A stretch of DNA of 64,000 bases from Candidatus Iainarchaeum sp. Its GTDB lineage: Archaea > Iainarchaeota > Iainarchaeia > Iainarchaeales > JAZDFD01. The stretch spans positions 1 to 64,000 of the forward strand of contig JAZDFD010000012.1 of the NCBI GenBank assembly GCA_043808155.1, written 5' to 3'. The translations under genes and the position numbers were made by a program. Below are positions 9,740-20,324 of the stretch, one piece after another; position 1 is the first letter of the stretch; every line of letters begins with the position of its first letter. The notes beneath the pieces were generated by a model that saw only the letters and a program-made list of their open reading frames with translations, searched no databases and was not told where the DNA came from.

Positions 9740-11503
9740 CTATTCCAGGTCTTCTTTGCAGTGCCTTTTATCAGTAGCATCTTCTATTTTGTCGCAAATA
9801 TCTATATTTTCAAATTTGACTGCATAATCATAATAACAGGTGTCTGTCATTTCACCCTTTGTTTTGGCGCATGCACTTACATCAAGAGTCCCCAATGCAT
9901 AATTATAATAGCAGAAATTTTTTGCATGATAAATCGTCTGTGAAACATCTCCCGAAATTGATTCACATATAAAACTGTCTTCCACATCTATTGCAACATT
10001 GCTGTAACATTCTGCAAAGTCTTCTGTTGAACTTGTAATCATTTTGCAGAGATCCAAATTGAAAGTATTGAATGCAATTTCATGATAACATTCAACTCTG
10101 CCCTGTTTATCCCAGCTCATTTTTCCGCATAATTCATAATTTTCAGTTGCAATTGCTATGTCTTTATAACAGTCAGTTTTTAATAATCCGTCAAATTCAA
10201 TCATGTTGCATATTTTATAATCTTCTTCATCTTCTTTTGTTGCAACCCTATAATAACAGTCTTCCTTATCATCAATAACCGGCATCTGCTGACAAACTTC
10301 CAGAGTTGCACTTTCTTCAGCTATTGAATTAAGACAGTCTTGATATTCCTTTCCCGGAAGCATTTTACAAACTTTAAAATTTCCTGTGTCAATTCCCACA
10401 TCTGTTACACATTTTATAAAATTTCCGTCTTCTGAAAGACTATTGCAGACAGTTTCATCTTCTGAATAAATTGCAAATTCACTATAACAGTCATCTTTCA
10501 TATCCTTACTTATCATATTGTCACAAATTGTAACATCATTATATTCATCAATTATTGCACTGTAGCATTCATCTCGTGTGTAGCTTGCTTCTCCGCTTTG
10601 ATATTTGAATGATTTTGCAATCTGTCTGCACAAGCTTTCATCTTTTAGTGCTACTGCAACATTTTTATAGCAAACATCTTTTGCATACAGTGTGTCGGTA
10701 TTGTTTGCATAAATCATCTGTGCACAAACACTTGCATCTTTAAGTTCCACTGCAATTGTTTTATAGCAGTTATCTTTAAGTTCCAGAGATTCATTGCTGA
10801 TTTGCGCACAGTATAATTCATCATCCTCTTCCCATGCTTTATCATTATAACAGACATCTTTCAGTTCAGTTGTGTCCTGCGATTCACATTCTGCTACAAT
10901 TATCTCTTCCTCTTCTATGATGCTTCTGCATTTTTCAACTGAAAGAACAGTGAGTTCTTTGCATAGTGAAGCATCTTCGTTAACAATTGCAAGTGTTTTT
11001 ATACAAACATCTCGTGATACTGAAACTTTGCCCTCACAATCATTCATTGATTCTGGAATTTCTGCTTCTTCACTTTCTTCAGCATCTGTTTTTATCAAAT
11101 TATCAGTTATATTGAAAATAGAATCTTCAATTTCTGATTCTGAGCAGCTTACATAATCTGCAGTTTTAGCATCAGTAATAATTTTAAGTTCCCCGTCAAC
11201 TTCTTTTTTGCTCCATTTGTCATCATTTGATTTTTTTGTATAATAAAAATTCCCGTTAAGAACTGTTGTTTCATCCTTTGTTTCAATTCTTACTTTTTCG
11301 TCTTTAACATAAACCTGCATTTCTAAATTTCCAACATCTAAAATGCAATCATAATTGCCTTCACCTGAAAATACCTGATTTAAACCAACCACAACAGGCT
11401 CATTAGTTTCTGTATTTTCAAAAATCATACTCTCGTCTATAATGCAGCCACTAATTAGCAGAGCGAATACCACTAGAATTGAGATTATAATTAATTTATT
11501 CAT
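9740..11503 (-). CDS. Cys-rich repeat surface lipoprotein
   Basis: Lipobox ISGC; many repeats of C..I.......CY...A of about 25-30 aa. Confidence 0.7.
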   Translation of the reverse strand: MNKLIIISILVVFALLISGCIIDESMIFENTETNEPVVVGLNQVFSGEGNYDCILDVGNLEMQVYVKDEKVRIETKDETTVLNGNFYYTKKSNDDKWSKKEVDGELKIITDAKTADYVSCSESEIEDSIFNITDNLIKTDAEESEEAEIPESMNDCEGKVSVSRDVCIKTLAIVNEDASLCKELTVLSVEKCRSIIEEEEIIVAECESQDTTELKDVCYNDKAWEEDDELYCAQISNESLELKDNCYKTIAVELKDASVCAQMIYANNTDTLYAKDVCYKNVAVALKDESLCRQIAKSFKYQSGEASYTRDECYSAIIDEYNDVTICDNMISKDMKDDCYSEFAIYSEDETVCNSLSEDGNFIKCVTDVGIDTGNFKVCKMLPGKEYQDCLNSIAEESATLEVCQQMPVIDDKEDCYYRVATKEDEEDYKICNMIEFDGLLKTDCYKDIAIATENYELCGKMSWDKQGRVECYHEIAFNTFNLDLCKMITSSTEDFAECYSNVAIDVEDSFICESISGDVSQTIYHAKNFCYYNYALGTLDVSACAKTKGEMTDTCYYDYAVKFENIDICDKIEDATDKRHCKEDLE

Positions 11504-11564
11504 TGTTATGAAGTATGTATTTATTGTTTTTAACCTTTTGCCTCGCTAATATGAAATATAACAT

Positions 11565-11647
11565 GCAGGGGTCGGATAGTGGCAATTCCGCTAGATTCAG
11601 GGTCTAGTGCCTTAGTGGCTCCGTGGGTTCGAGTCCCACCCCCTGCA
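11565..11647 (+). tRNA. tRNA-Leu(CAG)
   Basis: GCAGGGG/CCCCTGC acceptor stem; CTAGA-TTCAGGG-TCTAG anticodon arm; long variable arm; GTTCGAG T-loop. Confidence 0.93.
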
Positions 11648-11677
11648 ATTTTAAAATAATCCGTCTTTTCTAATAAC

Positions 11678-11932
11678 ATGGAACTAGTTGAAATTATAGG
11701 TTTTTTTGCAGCTACTTTGACAACAATTGCTTTTTTGCCACAGGTACTCCAAGTGCACAAGACAAAATCTGCAAAAGACATTAGCCTGAAAATGTACATT
11801 CTTTTTTGCATAGGCATTACTCTTTGGTTTGTTTACGGTGTTATGCTTTCATCCCTGCCAATAATACTTGCAAATGGAATCACATTTATATTGGCATTAG
11901 TAATCATTTTTTATAAGCTGAAATATGGGTAA
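11678..11932 (+). CDS. SemiSWEET / PQ-loop transporter
   Basis: TTIAFLPQ, SAKDIS, PIILAN; three transmembrane segments. Confidence 0.9.
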   Translation: MELVEIIGFFAATLTTIAFLPQVLQVHKTKSAKDISLKMYILFCIGITLWFVYGVMLSSLPIILANGITFILALVIIFYKLKYG

Positions 11933-11971
11933 ACTTATGGCAAAGTTAGATTTGCATCTTTAAATTGTTAG

Positions 11972-12388
11972 CTAGTGTTTTTTTTTAGTTAGCCGTATAA
12001 TGTTGTTTTGTGCATTTGTCCATGCTTCAATTAACCGAGTTTTTTCTGTAACATTCGCATTTGATTGCGGTTGCCTGCCTTCATTTAGATCCCTAAAAAA
12101 ACTAAAGGCATCTGCTACTCGCGAGTCATCCAAAATCTCTATTTTTTCTGATATAAGTTCACAAAGTTGGACATGATTCTTAATTATGAATTCACTCCCT
12201 TGTTCACACAAGCCAGATATTTCTTGGGGTGTAATTTGCCGTTGTCCATATGTTTCTATACTGCTATGCTGTTTTATAAATTCATTTAATTTTGGGTCAT
12301 CTCTTTCTTTATCAGGCTTTTTATCAGGACGAGGTTTTCTTGGTTGTTTCCCCCGCGTAAATAAATTGTTTAAAAATCTGCGAATCAT
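11972..12388 (-). CDS. Hypothetical protein
   Basis: 138-aa ORF filling the intergenic space. Confidence 0.5.
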   Translation of the reverse strand: MIRRFLNNLFTRGKQPRKPRPDKKPDKERDDPKLNEFIKQHSSIETYGQRQITPQEISGLCEQGSEFIIKNHVQLCELISEKIEILDDSRVADAFSFFRDLNEGRQPQSNANVTEKTRLIEAWTNAQNNIIRLTKKKH

Positions 12389-12430
12389 AATATTTTAATA
12401 ATTAAACTAATTAATAACATTATAGTTTCA

Positions 12431-13120
12431 ATGAACTCAAAACAAATTCTTTCTGAATTAAAATCACACTCAAATAAAAAAAACAGAGAGGGAATGGCTC
12501 GCTTTGGTATTGAAACAAAAAACACACTCGGAGTTTCAGTGCCTGTTTTGAGAAAATTAGCGAAAGAAATTGGAAAGAATCACACATTAGCGCAGGAATT
12601 GTGGGATTCTGAAATTCACGAAGCAAGAATGCTAGCCTGCTTTATAGATGAGTCTGAAAAAGTAACAAAATCTCAAATAAACGCTTGGGCGAAAGATTTT
12701 GATTCATGGGACATCTGCGATCAGTGCTGTAGCTCTTTGTTTGATAAAACATCTTATGCATGGGATAAAGCAGTTGAGTTCACGAAAAGAAAAGAAGAGT
12801 TTGTAAGGCGCACTGGTTTTGTGTTAATGGCAACGCTTTCTGTTCATGATAAAAAAGCAAAGGATTCAGATTTTGAGAAATTTTTCCCGCTAATAAAACA
12901 ATACGCAACAGATGAAAGAAACTTTGTAAAGAAAGCAGTTAACTGGTCACTCCGACAAATTGGAAAAAGGAATCTGAAGCTCAACAAACGCGCAATTGCA
13001 GTTGCAAAAGAAATTCAAAAAATGGATTCCAAATCCGCACGCTGGATTGCTAATGATGCACTGCGTGAATTGCAAAGTAATGCAGTACAAGAAAGACTTA
13101 AAAAGAAGAAAAACAATTAA
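12431..13120 (+). CDS. DNA alkylation repair protein (AlkD-like)
   Basis: LGVSVP.LR, HEAR.LA, DSWDICD, YATDERNFVKKAVNW.LR. Confidence 0.88.
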   Translation: MNSKQILSELKSHSNKKNREGMARFGIETKNTLGVSVPVLRKLAKEIGKNHTLAQELWDSEIHEARMLACFIDESEKVTKSQINAWAKDFDSWDICDQCCSSLFDKTSYAWDKAVEFTKRKEEFVRRTGFVLMATLSVHDKKAKDSDFEKFFPLIKQYATDERNFVKKAVNWSLRQIGKRNLKLNKRAIAVAKEIQKMDSKSARWIANDALRELQSNAVQERLKKKKNN

Positions 13121-13127
13121 TGTTTTG

Positions 13128-13607
13128 ATGAATCTGAAAGAAATTGCAAAACTCATTGGCTTAATTCTCATTTGTCAGCTTGCAGGCATTATTGGAAGCA
13201 TTTTCACTTTTGATGCGATTCCAAACTGGTATGCCTCTCTTACAAAGCCATGGTTCAATCCCCCGAGTTTTATTTTCGCACCTGTTTGGATTTTACTTTA
13301 CACTTTGATGGGGATTTCACTTTATTTAATTATAAAAAAAGGATTTAACCGCAAAGAAGTGAAAATTGCAACAATGTTTTTTGGAGCGCAGCTTTCACTT
13401 AACGCAATCTGGTCCATTATATTCTTTGGATTACACAATATTTTCCTTGCACTTGTTGAAATAATTATTTTATGGGTTGTTCTATTGTTTACAATAATTA
13501 AATTTTACAAAATTTCAAAAAACGCAGCATATCTTTTAATCCCGTATTTTCTATGGGGCAGTTTTGCAACTCTGCTGACCTTATCAATTTGGATACTTAA
13601 TCCATAG
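13128..13607 (+). CDS. tspO: TspO/MBR tryptophan-rich sensory protein
   Basis: WYASLTKPWFNPP..IF.PVW, LNAIWS.IFF, PYFLW; start moved to ATG 13128. Confidence 0.92.
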   Translation: MNLKEIAKLIGLILICQLAGIIGSIFTFDAIPNWYASLTKPWFNPPSFIFAPVWILLYTLMGISLYLIIKKGFNRKEVKIATMFFGAQLSLNAIWSIIFFGLHNIFLALVEIIILWVVLLFTIIKFYKISKNAAYLLIPYFLWGSFATLLTLSIWILNP

Positions 13608-14973
13608 CATGAGAGTGTTCAATAATTCTCTTATTTTTCCAGTTGCCTTTAAGAAAAATGAATGTGATAATTACTGCCATTATTATGTTCGCAATAGGAT
13701 ATGCCCACATTATACCCAGAACTCCTAAGTCTGTAAATTGAGAAAGTATAAATGCAATTGGTAGCTCAAGAATCCACAAATAACAAATTGCAAGAAGCAT
13801 AGCAAGAACAGTGTCCCCTGCTCCTCTGAACGTTCCCATAAACCCAAGCTGAATTCCTATAAAACCAAAACTAAGTGAAAAAATTCTTATGAATTCAGCA
13901 CTTGTTTTAATAACTTCTAAATTGCCGGGAATAAAAAATTCAGCAATTGCTTCTGAAAAAATAAAACACAAAAGTCCTGCAAGTGCAAGCATGCCAAAAC
14001 TCAGGGCAACAGTAATTTTCCCGATTTTTTCAGCACGTTCAATCTTACCTGCACCAAAATGCTGGCCCACCATTGCAGTATTTGCAATTGAAAGACCCAA
14101 CGCAGGAATGAAAACAATTGAAAAAACTCTTGTGCTAATTCCAAATGCTGCTACTGCAACAGTTCCAAAACCGGCAACCAAAAACATCACAATTGCCATT
14201 CCAAGGGATCGTGATGTATGTTCAACAGACATGGGCAGACCCAAAAATAAAATTTTTTTCATTAATGCAAAATCCATTCCGAAATTTTCCTTTTTTATAT
14301 GAATTCCGTAGTTTCCGCTCATAAGTACTGAAATTCCGATTAACGCACCAACACCCTGAGTTAAAATTGTTGCTAGAGCAGCACCTGAAACACCCATTGC
14401 AGGTATGAAGTCAAATCCAAAAATAAAAATCGGGTCAAGAAGTATGTTCATTATAACTGTGGCAAGCACAACATAAAGCGGAGTTTTAACATCCCCCACA
14501 CCTCTTAATAACGACTGAAAAACAAAATAAATTCCAAGAAAAACAAACCCTATTGATGAAATCTGCAAATATGAAATCGCAGGTCCTAAAACACTTTGCT
14601 CAACACCCATTAATTTCACAATAGCTTCCGCAGAAAAATATCCGATTACTGAAAGAACTGCAGTTATAAAAACCATTATCTGAAGCGTCTGTGCAGAAAC
14701 ATAATCAATATTTTTGATGTCATTTCGTCCCCTGTACTGTGCAACGAGAATTGTTCCTGCCATTGTCATTCCCATTCCCAGTGAAATAAGAACAAAAAGA
14801 ATAGGGAAACTCAATGAAACTGACGCAACTGCCTCTGTGCTAAGTCGCCCTAACCAGAACATATCTACTATTTGATATGCTACTTGTAATACATTTGCAA
14901 GCATTATTGGCCAGCCAAGAATCAGAAGGTTCTTTATAATTGAGCCTTCAGTTAAATTTTTTGTTCCGCGCAT
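13597..14973 (-). CDS. MATE family efflux transporter
   Basis: 12 transmembrane segments; LRGVGDVKTP, NILLDPIFI, GVSGAALAT. Confidence 0.92.
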   Translation of the reverse strand: MRGTKNLTEGSIIKNLLILGWPIMLANVLQVAYQIVDMFWLGRLSTEAVASVSLSFPILFVLISLGMGMTMAGTILVAQYRGRNDIKNIDYVSAQTLQIMVFITAVLSVIGYFSAEAIVKLMGVEQSVLGPAISYLQISSIGFVFLGIYFVFQSLLRGVGDVKTPLYVVLATVIMNILLDPIFIFGFDFIPAMGVSGAALATILTQGVGALIGISVLMSGNYGIHIKKENFGMDFALMKKILFLGLPMSVEHTSRSLGMAIVMFLVAGFGTVAVAAFGISTRVFSIVFIPALGLSIANTAMVGQHFGAGKIERAEKIGKITVALSFGMLALAGLLCFIFSEAIAEFFIPGNLEVIKTSAEFIRIFSLSFGFIGIQLGFMGTFRGAGDTVLAMLLAICYLWILELPIAFILSQFTDLGVLGIMWAYPIANIIMAVIITFIFLKGNWKNKRIIEHSHAMD

Positions 14974-15040
14974 CTCAAAAATAACATAAGTACGGTTTTT
15001 TAAATTCTTTCAAATTCCTGTTAAGTATTGAGGTGATTGC

Positions 15041-15544
15041 ATGGCAAAAGTTCTGATGGTTATTGCAAATTCTAATTTCAGAGATGAAGAATTATTTCAT
15101 ACAAAGGAAGAGCTTGAAAACGCAGGAAATGAAACAGTAATTGCTTCAAATTCTTTGAATGAAGCAACAGGCTCACTTGGGGGAAAAATAAAACCATCTA
15201 TTCTGGTAAAAGATGTAAGCTTTGGTCAGTATGCTGCTGTTGTTTTTGTTGGCGGTTCAGGTTCTGCACTTTATTTTGATAATTCTGCTGCATTGACTCT
15301 TGCAAGAGAATTTTACAACAATGGAAAAATAACAACTGCAATTTGCATTGCACCAAGCATACTTGCAAATGCAGGAATTCTAAAAGGAAAAAAAGTCACT
15401 TGTTATGTTTCTGAAAAAGAAAATTTAGAAACAAAAGGTGCAATTTACACTGGCACTGATGTTGAAGTTGACGGCAAAATAATAACTGCAAATGGCCCTA
15501 AAGCTGCACACAAATTCGGAAAGAAAATAGCTGAAATGCTTTAA
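15041..15544 (+). CDS. DJ-1/PfpI family protein
   Basis: FRDEE, FVGGSG, AICIAP, ITANGP. Confidence 0.9.
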   Translation: MAKVLMVIANSNFRDEELFHTKEELENAGNETVIASNSLNEATGSLGGKIKPSILVKDVSFGQYAAVVFVGGSGSALYFDNSAALTLAREFYNNGKITTAICIAPSILANAGILKGKKVTCYVSEKENLETKGAIYTGTDVEVDGKIITANGPKAAHKFGKKIAEML

Positions 15545-16617
15545 TCTTTTCTTAAAAGATCGCCCATGTGAAATCTTTTACCTGATTTAGGTGCTGATGG
15601 CATTTCGGATTTGCTCCTCTTCCTTTCTTCTCCTTCAAATGCCCATTTTCCTGAGCTATGAGGTTCATCATCCATTCCGAAGAATTCAGTATCTGAGTAG
15701 AATGAATTACCTGAACCAAATCCGTTTCCTCTTGATTTGATAAATAAAAATGCTGCAATAATCACTACGACAATTAAAATTCCGATAATAATTATTGAAT
15801 TAATTTCAGGGAGAACTGCAAACATTGTGGGATTTTCATTCATAACAGTTTCTTCAGTTGTTTCTTCTGCTATTGTTTCTGGAACAACATCCTTATCTTC
15901 AGTTTTTGGAAAAATAAAACTGAGCAAACCGCGTTCCGTCTGGTCATTAATAATTTCCTGAATTGCTGAAAAATCAGTATACAGATTTTCTAAATCGCCT
16001 TTATTTGCATTAAGTTCATTTTGCAGTTCTGTAATTTCAGTTCTTAATCCCGAAACTTCTGAATTGTATCTGCTTTCAAGTTCATTGATTCTGCTCTGCA
16101 GTGTAGAAATTTCTGAATTTTTTGATTCAATTATTTTATCTAATTCAGAAATCCGGTCTGTCATTTGGTTGCCAAAATTATCAATATTATTTATTTTTTC
16201 CTGAATTTCATTTCTGTAACTTTCAGGAAGAACATCAAATGTGCTTATTTCAAAAGTTTGTTCATCAAAAACACTTCCGTTATCAAGCTCTCTTACCTTC
16301 AATTCGTGATTCCCTTCACTCACACCTAAAAAGGAAACATAAAGAATCAAATTTCCTTCATCCTGAACAAATGCTTTCAAAACAACTGATTCATCAAAAC
16401 TGTCAATCAGCCCGGAACCATCAGGAAGAACGTACATTGTAACAACTTTATCCCCGTCAAGGAAAACTTCTGCAGTATCATAATCATTTTCAGAGTCAAG
16501 CTCTGCTTTTAGAATCCAGTTAACGTTTTTTGGGACTTCTGTCGGGGCCTCAATATTCATTGCAAAAGCAGAGTTCATTAAAATAAAAATCAAAATTGAA
16601 AATAGTATCTTCTTCAT
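15541..16617 (-). CDS. Secreted coiled-coil protein with C-terminal membrane anchor
   Basis: Signal peptide, heptad-rich centre, one late transmembrane segment. Confidence 0.6.
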   Translation of the reverse strand: MKKILFSILIFILMNSAFAMNIEAPTEVPKNVNWILKAELDSENDYDTAEVFLDGDKVVTMYVLPDGSGLIDSFDESVVLKAFVQDEGNLILYVSFLGVSEGNHELKVRELDNGSVFDEQTFEISTFDVLPESYRNEIQEKINNIDNFGNQMTDRISELDKIIESKNSEISTLQSRINELESRYNSEVSGLRTEITELQNELNANKGDLENLYTDFSAIQEIINDQTERGLLSFIFPKTEDKDVVPETIAEETTEETVMNENPTMFAVLPEINSIIIIGILIVVVIIAAFLFIKSRGNGFGSGNSFYSDTEFFGMDDEPHSSGKWAFEGEERKRSKSEMPSAPKSGKRFHMGDLLRKD

Positions 16618-16689
16618 GTGTAATATATTTCACTTTCTAGTATTTAAAAGTTGCATTAAGTAAACATAATTCATTAGTTTAAGCAAAAT

Positions 16690-17892
16690 TCACTCTCTGC
16701 TCAGAGCATCCACAGGATCCATTTCTGCTGCGTTTTTAGCAGGTATGTAGCCTGCAACCATTCCCACAATCATTGCAAATGCAATTGACCCGACAAAAAT
16801 CATCGGATCCGGTGAGATGCTCATAGCAAACCCAGACATAGTTGCAATAACACTCACAATAACTGCAATAACAAAACCAACAATCAGCCCAATTATGCCT
16901 CCGCCCATGCCAATAACACCCGATTCAACAAGAAAAATATTTCTAACCATTTTATTTGTTGCACCAACTGATTTCATAATTCCGATTTCCTTTGTTCTTT
17001 CCAGCACAGACATAAACATTGTATTCATAATTCCAATTGCCCCCACAAGCAGTGAAATCGCAGCAATTCCAATAAGAACTGCATTAATAAGACCTAAAAT
17101 TGCATCTGCACTGCCCTGCATTTGTGATGAAGTCATTATTTGAAAGTCTTCTTCTCCGTGGGCTTTCTCTAAAACACGTGTTATTTTTTCTTTTACTTCA
17201 GGAACATCCTCTTTTGTAAAAGTTTTTACCGGAATTCTGAATGGAACTAATTCTTTACCTGTTAATTCTTCAAGCCCGTCTTTTGACATTATAACTGCAC
17301 TGTCAAACATTGAACCAAAACTTGATCCTGTTGCCTTTGTAATCCCGACAATTCTAAGAGCTTTACCATTAACTATTATTTTTTGTTTCAGCTGCAGTTC
17401 TTTGTCAAATCCTTCTTCTGCCAAGGAACTTCCCACAATCACTGAAAATTTATCTGAGTTTGATAGTTGTCTTCCCTCAGCAAGAGTTAGCATACCCATG
17501 CCTGAAAGACCTTCCTGATCTTCAGGTTCTACCCCCATTATTACAATGTTTCTTTTTTCATCCCTAACATATGCTTCTACTGCTTCAAAATAAACTGGAT
17601 TAACACTCTCAACTCCCTGTATTGATTCAATTCTTCTTGGGTCGTCTGCTTCAAGTCCTGCAAATACAGATTGTACCATGGAAGAACCAGGGAGAACAAT
17701 CAGTGTGTTTGAACCCATTTGTTCAAATTGATCCTGTACACTTTGATTAAGTCCCTGACCAATTAAAAGCAGTGCAACAATTGCGGCAATTCCAATCACA
17801 ACACCTAATGTTGTAAGATATGTTTTAATGCCCTGTCTTCTTAAGCTTCTGAATCCTTTTTTAAAAATTTCAAAATCAATTGCATTACTCAT
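16690..17892 (-). CDS. MacB/FtsX-type ABC permease
   Basis: LGVVIGIAAIV, IGIMNTM.MSV.ER..EIG.MK. Confidence 0.9.
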   Translation of the reverse strand: MSNAIDFEIFKKGFRSLRRQGIKTYLTTLGVVIGIAAIVALLLIGQGLNQSVQDQFEQMGSNTLIVLPGSSMVQSVFAGLEADDPRRIESIQGVESVNPVYFEAVEAYVRDEKRNIVIMGVEPEDQEGLSGMGMLTLAEGRQLSNSDKFSVIVGSSLAEEGFDKELQLKQKIIVNGKALRIVGITKATGSSFGSMFDSAVIMSKDGLEELTGKELVPFRIPVKTFTKEDVPEVKEKITRVLEKAHGEEDFQIMTSSQMQGSADAILGLINAVLIGIAAISLLVGAIGIMNTMFMSVLERTKEIGIMKSVGATNKMVRNIFLVESGVIGMGGGIIGLIVGFVIAVIVSVIATMSGFAMSISPDPMIFVGSIAFAMIVGMVAGYIPAKNAAEMDPVDALSRE

Positions 17893-19081
17893 AGTGAAGC
17901 GCCTCCACGGGATCTAATTCAGAAGCTCTTTTTGCAGGAATATATCCTGAAATCATTCCCACAATCATTGCAAAAATAAGTGCTTCTATAAACAGCACAG
18001 GTGACACATCAACTGGCAGAGAAAAACCTGCAACAGAGGAACCAAATCCAATCAACAATGCAAGTCCAAACCCAAATAACGCTCCAATTATTCCGCCAAC
18101 CATTCCGATAAATCCTGCTTCAAGAATAAACATGTTTCTTATTTTTTTATTTGTTGCACCAATTGCTTTCATTACACCAATTTCACGAGTTCTTTCTATT
18201 ACTGCCATAAACATTGTATTCATAATTCCAATTCCGCCAACTGCTAATGAAATCGCAGCAATCCCGACTAATACAAGCTGTATCAGCCCAAGAATCATAT
18301 CTGCACCTTCAAGCATCTGTTCCATACTCATAACATAAAAATCTTTTGAGCCATGATCTTTTTCTAATTCATATTCTATTTCTGCAACTACCTTTTTCAC
18401 ATCATCCTGTGATTTTGCAATAACTACTATTTCCATTGGGTCTTCTACGCCAAAAACTGATTTTACAATATCTTTGTGCATCCATGCCATTCCGCCAAAA
18501 CTGCCGCCCATCATTATACCGCCTTCATCTAAAAGTCCAACAATTCTGAATTGTTTCCCCCCCATTTCAAGACGGGATTTAACACCTAATTCATTTGAAA
18601 ATTCGTTTTTTGCAAAATTTTCACCAATAACAAATGAATATCTGTCATTAGGGTCCAGCATTCTTCCTTCAAGCAGTTTCATATAACCCATTCTTTCAAG
18701 ATGCTCAGTATATTCAGGGTCAAAACCAATTATCATAACTCCCGAGCTTTCTTTTCTATAAAATGCGTTAGCATTAGAATAATAGAATGGTATCACTACC
18801 TCAACACCATCTATTCTTTTCATTATTTCAACATCATTTTCAGAAAGAGTTCTGGAGAGTGCAGTTTCCAGAAAATCTCCTGAGCCAGGTTCAACTGCAA
18901 TTGTGTTCAATCCGATTGATTCAAATTCATTAAGTACTGCATTTTGAAGCCCCTCACCCACAGAAATAAGTGCAACAATCGCAGCTACACCTATAATTAC
19001 TCCTGCGAGAGTTAAAAAAGAACGTAAGCGCTGATGCCTTAGATTTCTCAGCGCTACAGTGAAAGTCTCAAGATCCATCAT
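17885..19081 (-). CDS. MacB/FtsX-type ABC permease (paralog)
   Basis: RSFLTL.GVIIG, GGIGIMNTM...V.ERTREIG, LDPVEAL. Confidence 0.9.
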   Translation of the reverse strand: MMDLETFTVALRNLRHQRLRSFLTLAGVIIGVAAIVALISVGEGLQNAVLNEFESIGLNTIAVEPGSGDFLETALSRTLSENDVEIMKRIDGVEVVIPFYYSNANAFYRKESSGVMIIGFDPEYTEHLERMGYMKLLEGRMLDPNDRYSFVIGENFAKNEFSNELGVKSRLEMGGKQFRIVGLLDEGGIMMGGSFGGMAWMHKDIVKSVFGVEDPMEIVVIAKSQDDVKKVVAEIEYELEKDHGSKDFYVMSMEQMLEGADMILGLIQLVLVGIAAISLAVGGIGIMNTMFMAVIERTREIGVMKAIGATNKKIRNMFILEAGFIGMVGGIIGALFGFGLALLIGFGSSVAGFSLPVDVSPVLFIEALIFAMIVGMISGYIPAKRASELDPVEALHYE

Positions 19082-19091
19082 TTAATAGACC

Positions 19092-20324
19092 TCACTTCTT
19101 TTTTATGTACTTTTTATAAGCCCATCTTCCTGCAACAATCAAAACTGCTAACACAACAACAGTAAACCACAGGTCAAAACCGCTGCCGTTTTTTGCCTGC
19201 ACTTCCATTGCAGAATAAACTTTGAAATCAAGTTCCTTCATGACTTCTTTCGGTTCACCAAACTGGTCTTTGTAATTCAATTTTAGATTTATTGTGTGAT
19301 TTCCAGGCTGAACATCACTCCTGATGTTCATATTAATTCTGAATGAATCAAAGTCATCTGCTTCCATTGTTCCTATGAAAACTTTTTTGCCTTCAAATTC
19401 ACCAGCGTTACTTGAAAGTTCTGCAATAATGTATTTTGCTGAACCAATACCTGCGTTGAACAAATCAACTTTAATTTCAGATGTTCCGCCTGGCATTGCA
19501 AGCGGTGTTGAACTGTTTACAATTGCATCAAGTTCTGCATCTTGTATTACTCTCAAACCAATGTATTCTATTTCTGTATTTGTGGTGCTGTTTCCATCTT
19601 TATATTCAAGAGTAACAGGAACAGTGTGTGCTTTAAGTTCAGCTTCAGGATTTGCAACAACATTTATTTTTACTATTGCAGTTTCTCCTGCGGCTATTAT
19701 ACTTATAAAACTCATAGATGCGCCAACAGGTGTTATATATCTTTCAACAACAACTCCTGTGCTTGTGACAGTCCGGTCTTCACTTACTCCAACAAGAACG
19801 TTTGTTGCGTCTTCAGTTCCAACGTTTCTTATTGTAAGCTCAAGCTGTTCACTTTGCCCTGGTGCAATGTTTTCAGGATAAACTCCTACAATTTCAAGAT
19901 CTGGTTTTCTGTTAACAATCTTGATTGTTAAAGGCTCTCTGTTTGTAGCTTGTCCATCTTCACCATAAAGTAAACCAAAAGTATAGTCTCCGTCAAATGC
20001 ATTTTTTTCAATCAGTAATCTGAATTTAACAATTGCACTCTGACCTCCGTTTATATTTCCAAGATTTCTTGTTAATGTGTCTCCTGATTCAAGCATGAAT
20101 GGGGCACCAGTTCCGATTTCAAATGCTCCTTTCAAATCAAGCTGGAAAACAACATCTTTCAAAGTTTGACCTCCGGTGTTTTTCACATGTACCCACAAAT
20201 CCATATATTTTCCCGGAGTTGCTGGGCTTGGGCTGTAGTTCACAGAATCAATTGCAAGATTTGCTGCGAATACAGTCTGCGCAATCATTAAGACTGCTAA
20301 AACTAATATTATATTTCTCTTCAT
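19092..20324 (-). CDS. COG1361-like S-layer/Ig-domain protein of the ABC operon
   Basis: Signal peptide, repeated PG...V.N.G Ig-like motifs, C-terminal transmembrane segment. Confidence 0.75.
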   Translation of the reverse strand: MKRNIILVLAVLMIAQTVFAANLAIDSVNYSPSPATPGKYMDLWVHVKNTGGQTLKDVVFQLDLKGAFEIGTGAPFMLESGDTLTRNLGNINGGQSAIVKFRLLIEKNAFDGDYTFGLLYGEDGQATNREPLTIKIVNRKPDLEIVGVYPENIAPGQSEQLELTIRNVGTEDATNVLVGVSEDRTVTSTGVVVERYITPVGASMSFISIIAAGETAIVKINVVANPEAELKAHTVPVTLEYKDGNSTTNTEIEYIGLRVIQDAELDAIVNSSTPLAMPGGTSEIKVDLFNAGIGSAKYIIAELSSNAGEFEGKKVFIGTMEADDFDSFRINMNIRSDVQPGNHTINLKLNYKDQFGEPKEVMKELDFKVYSAMEVQAKNGSGFDLWFTVVVLAVLIVAGRWAYKKYIKKK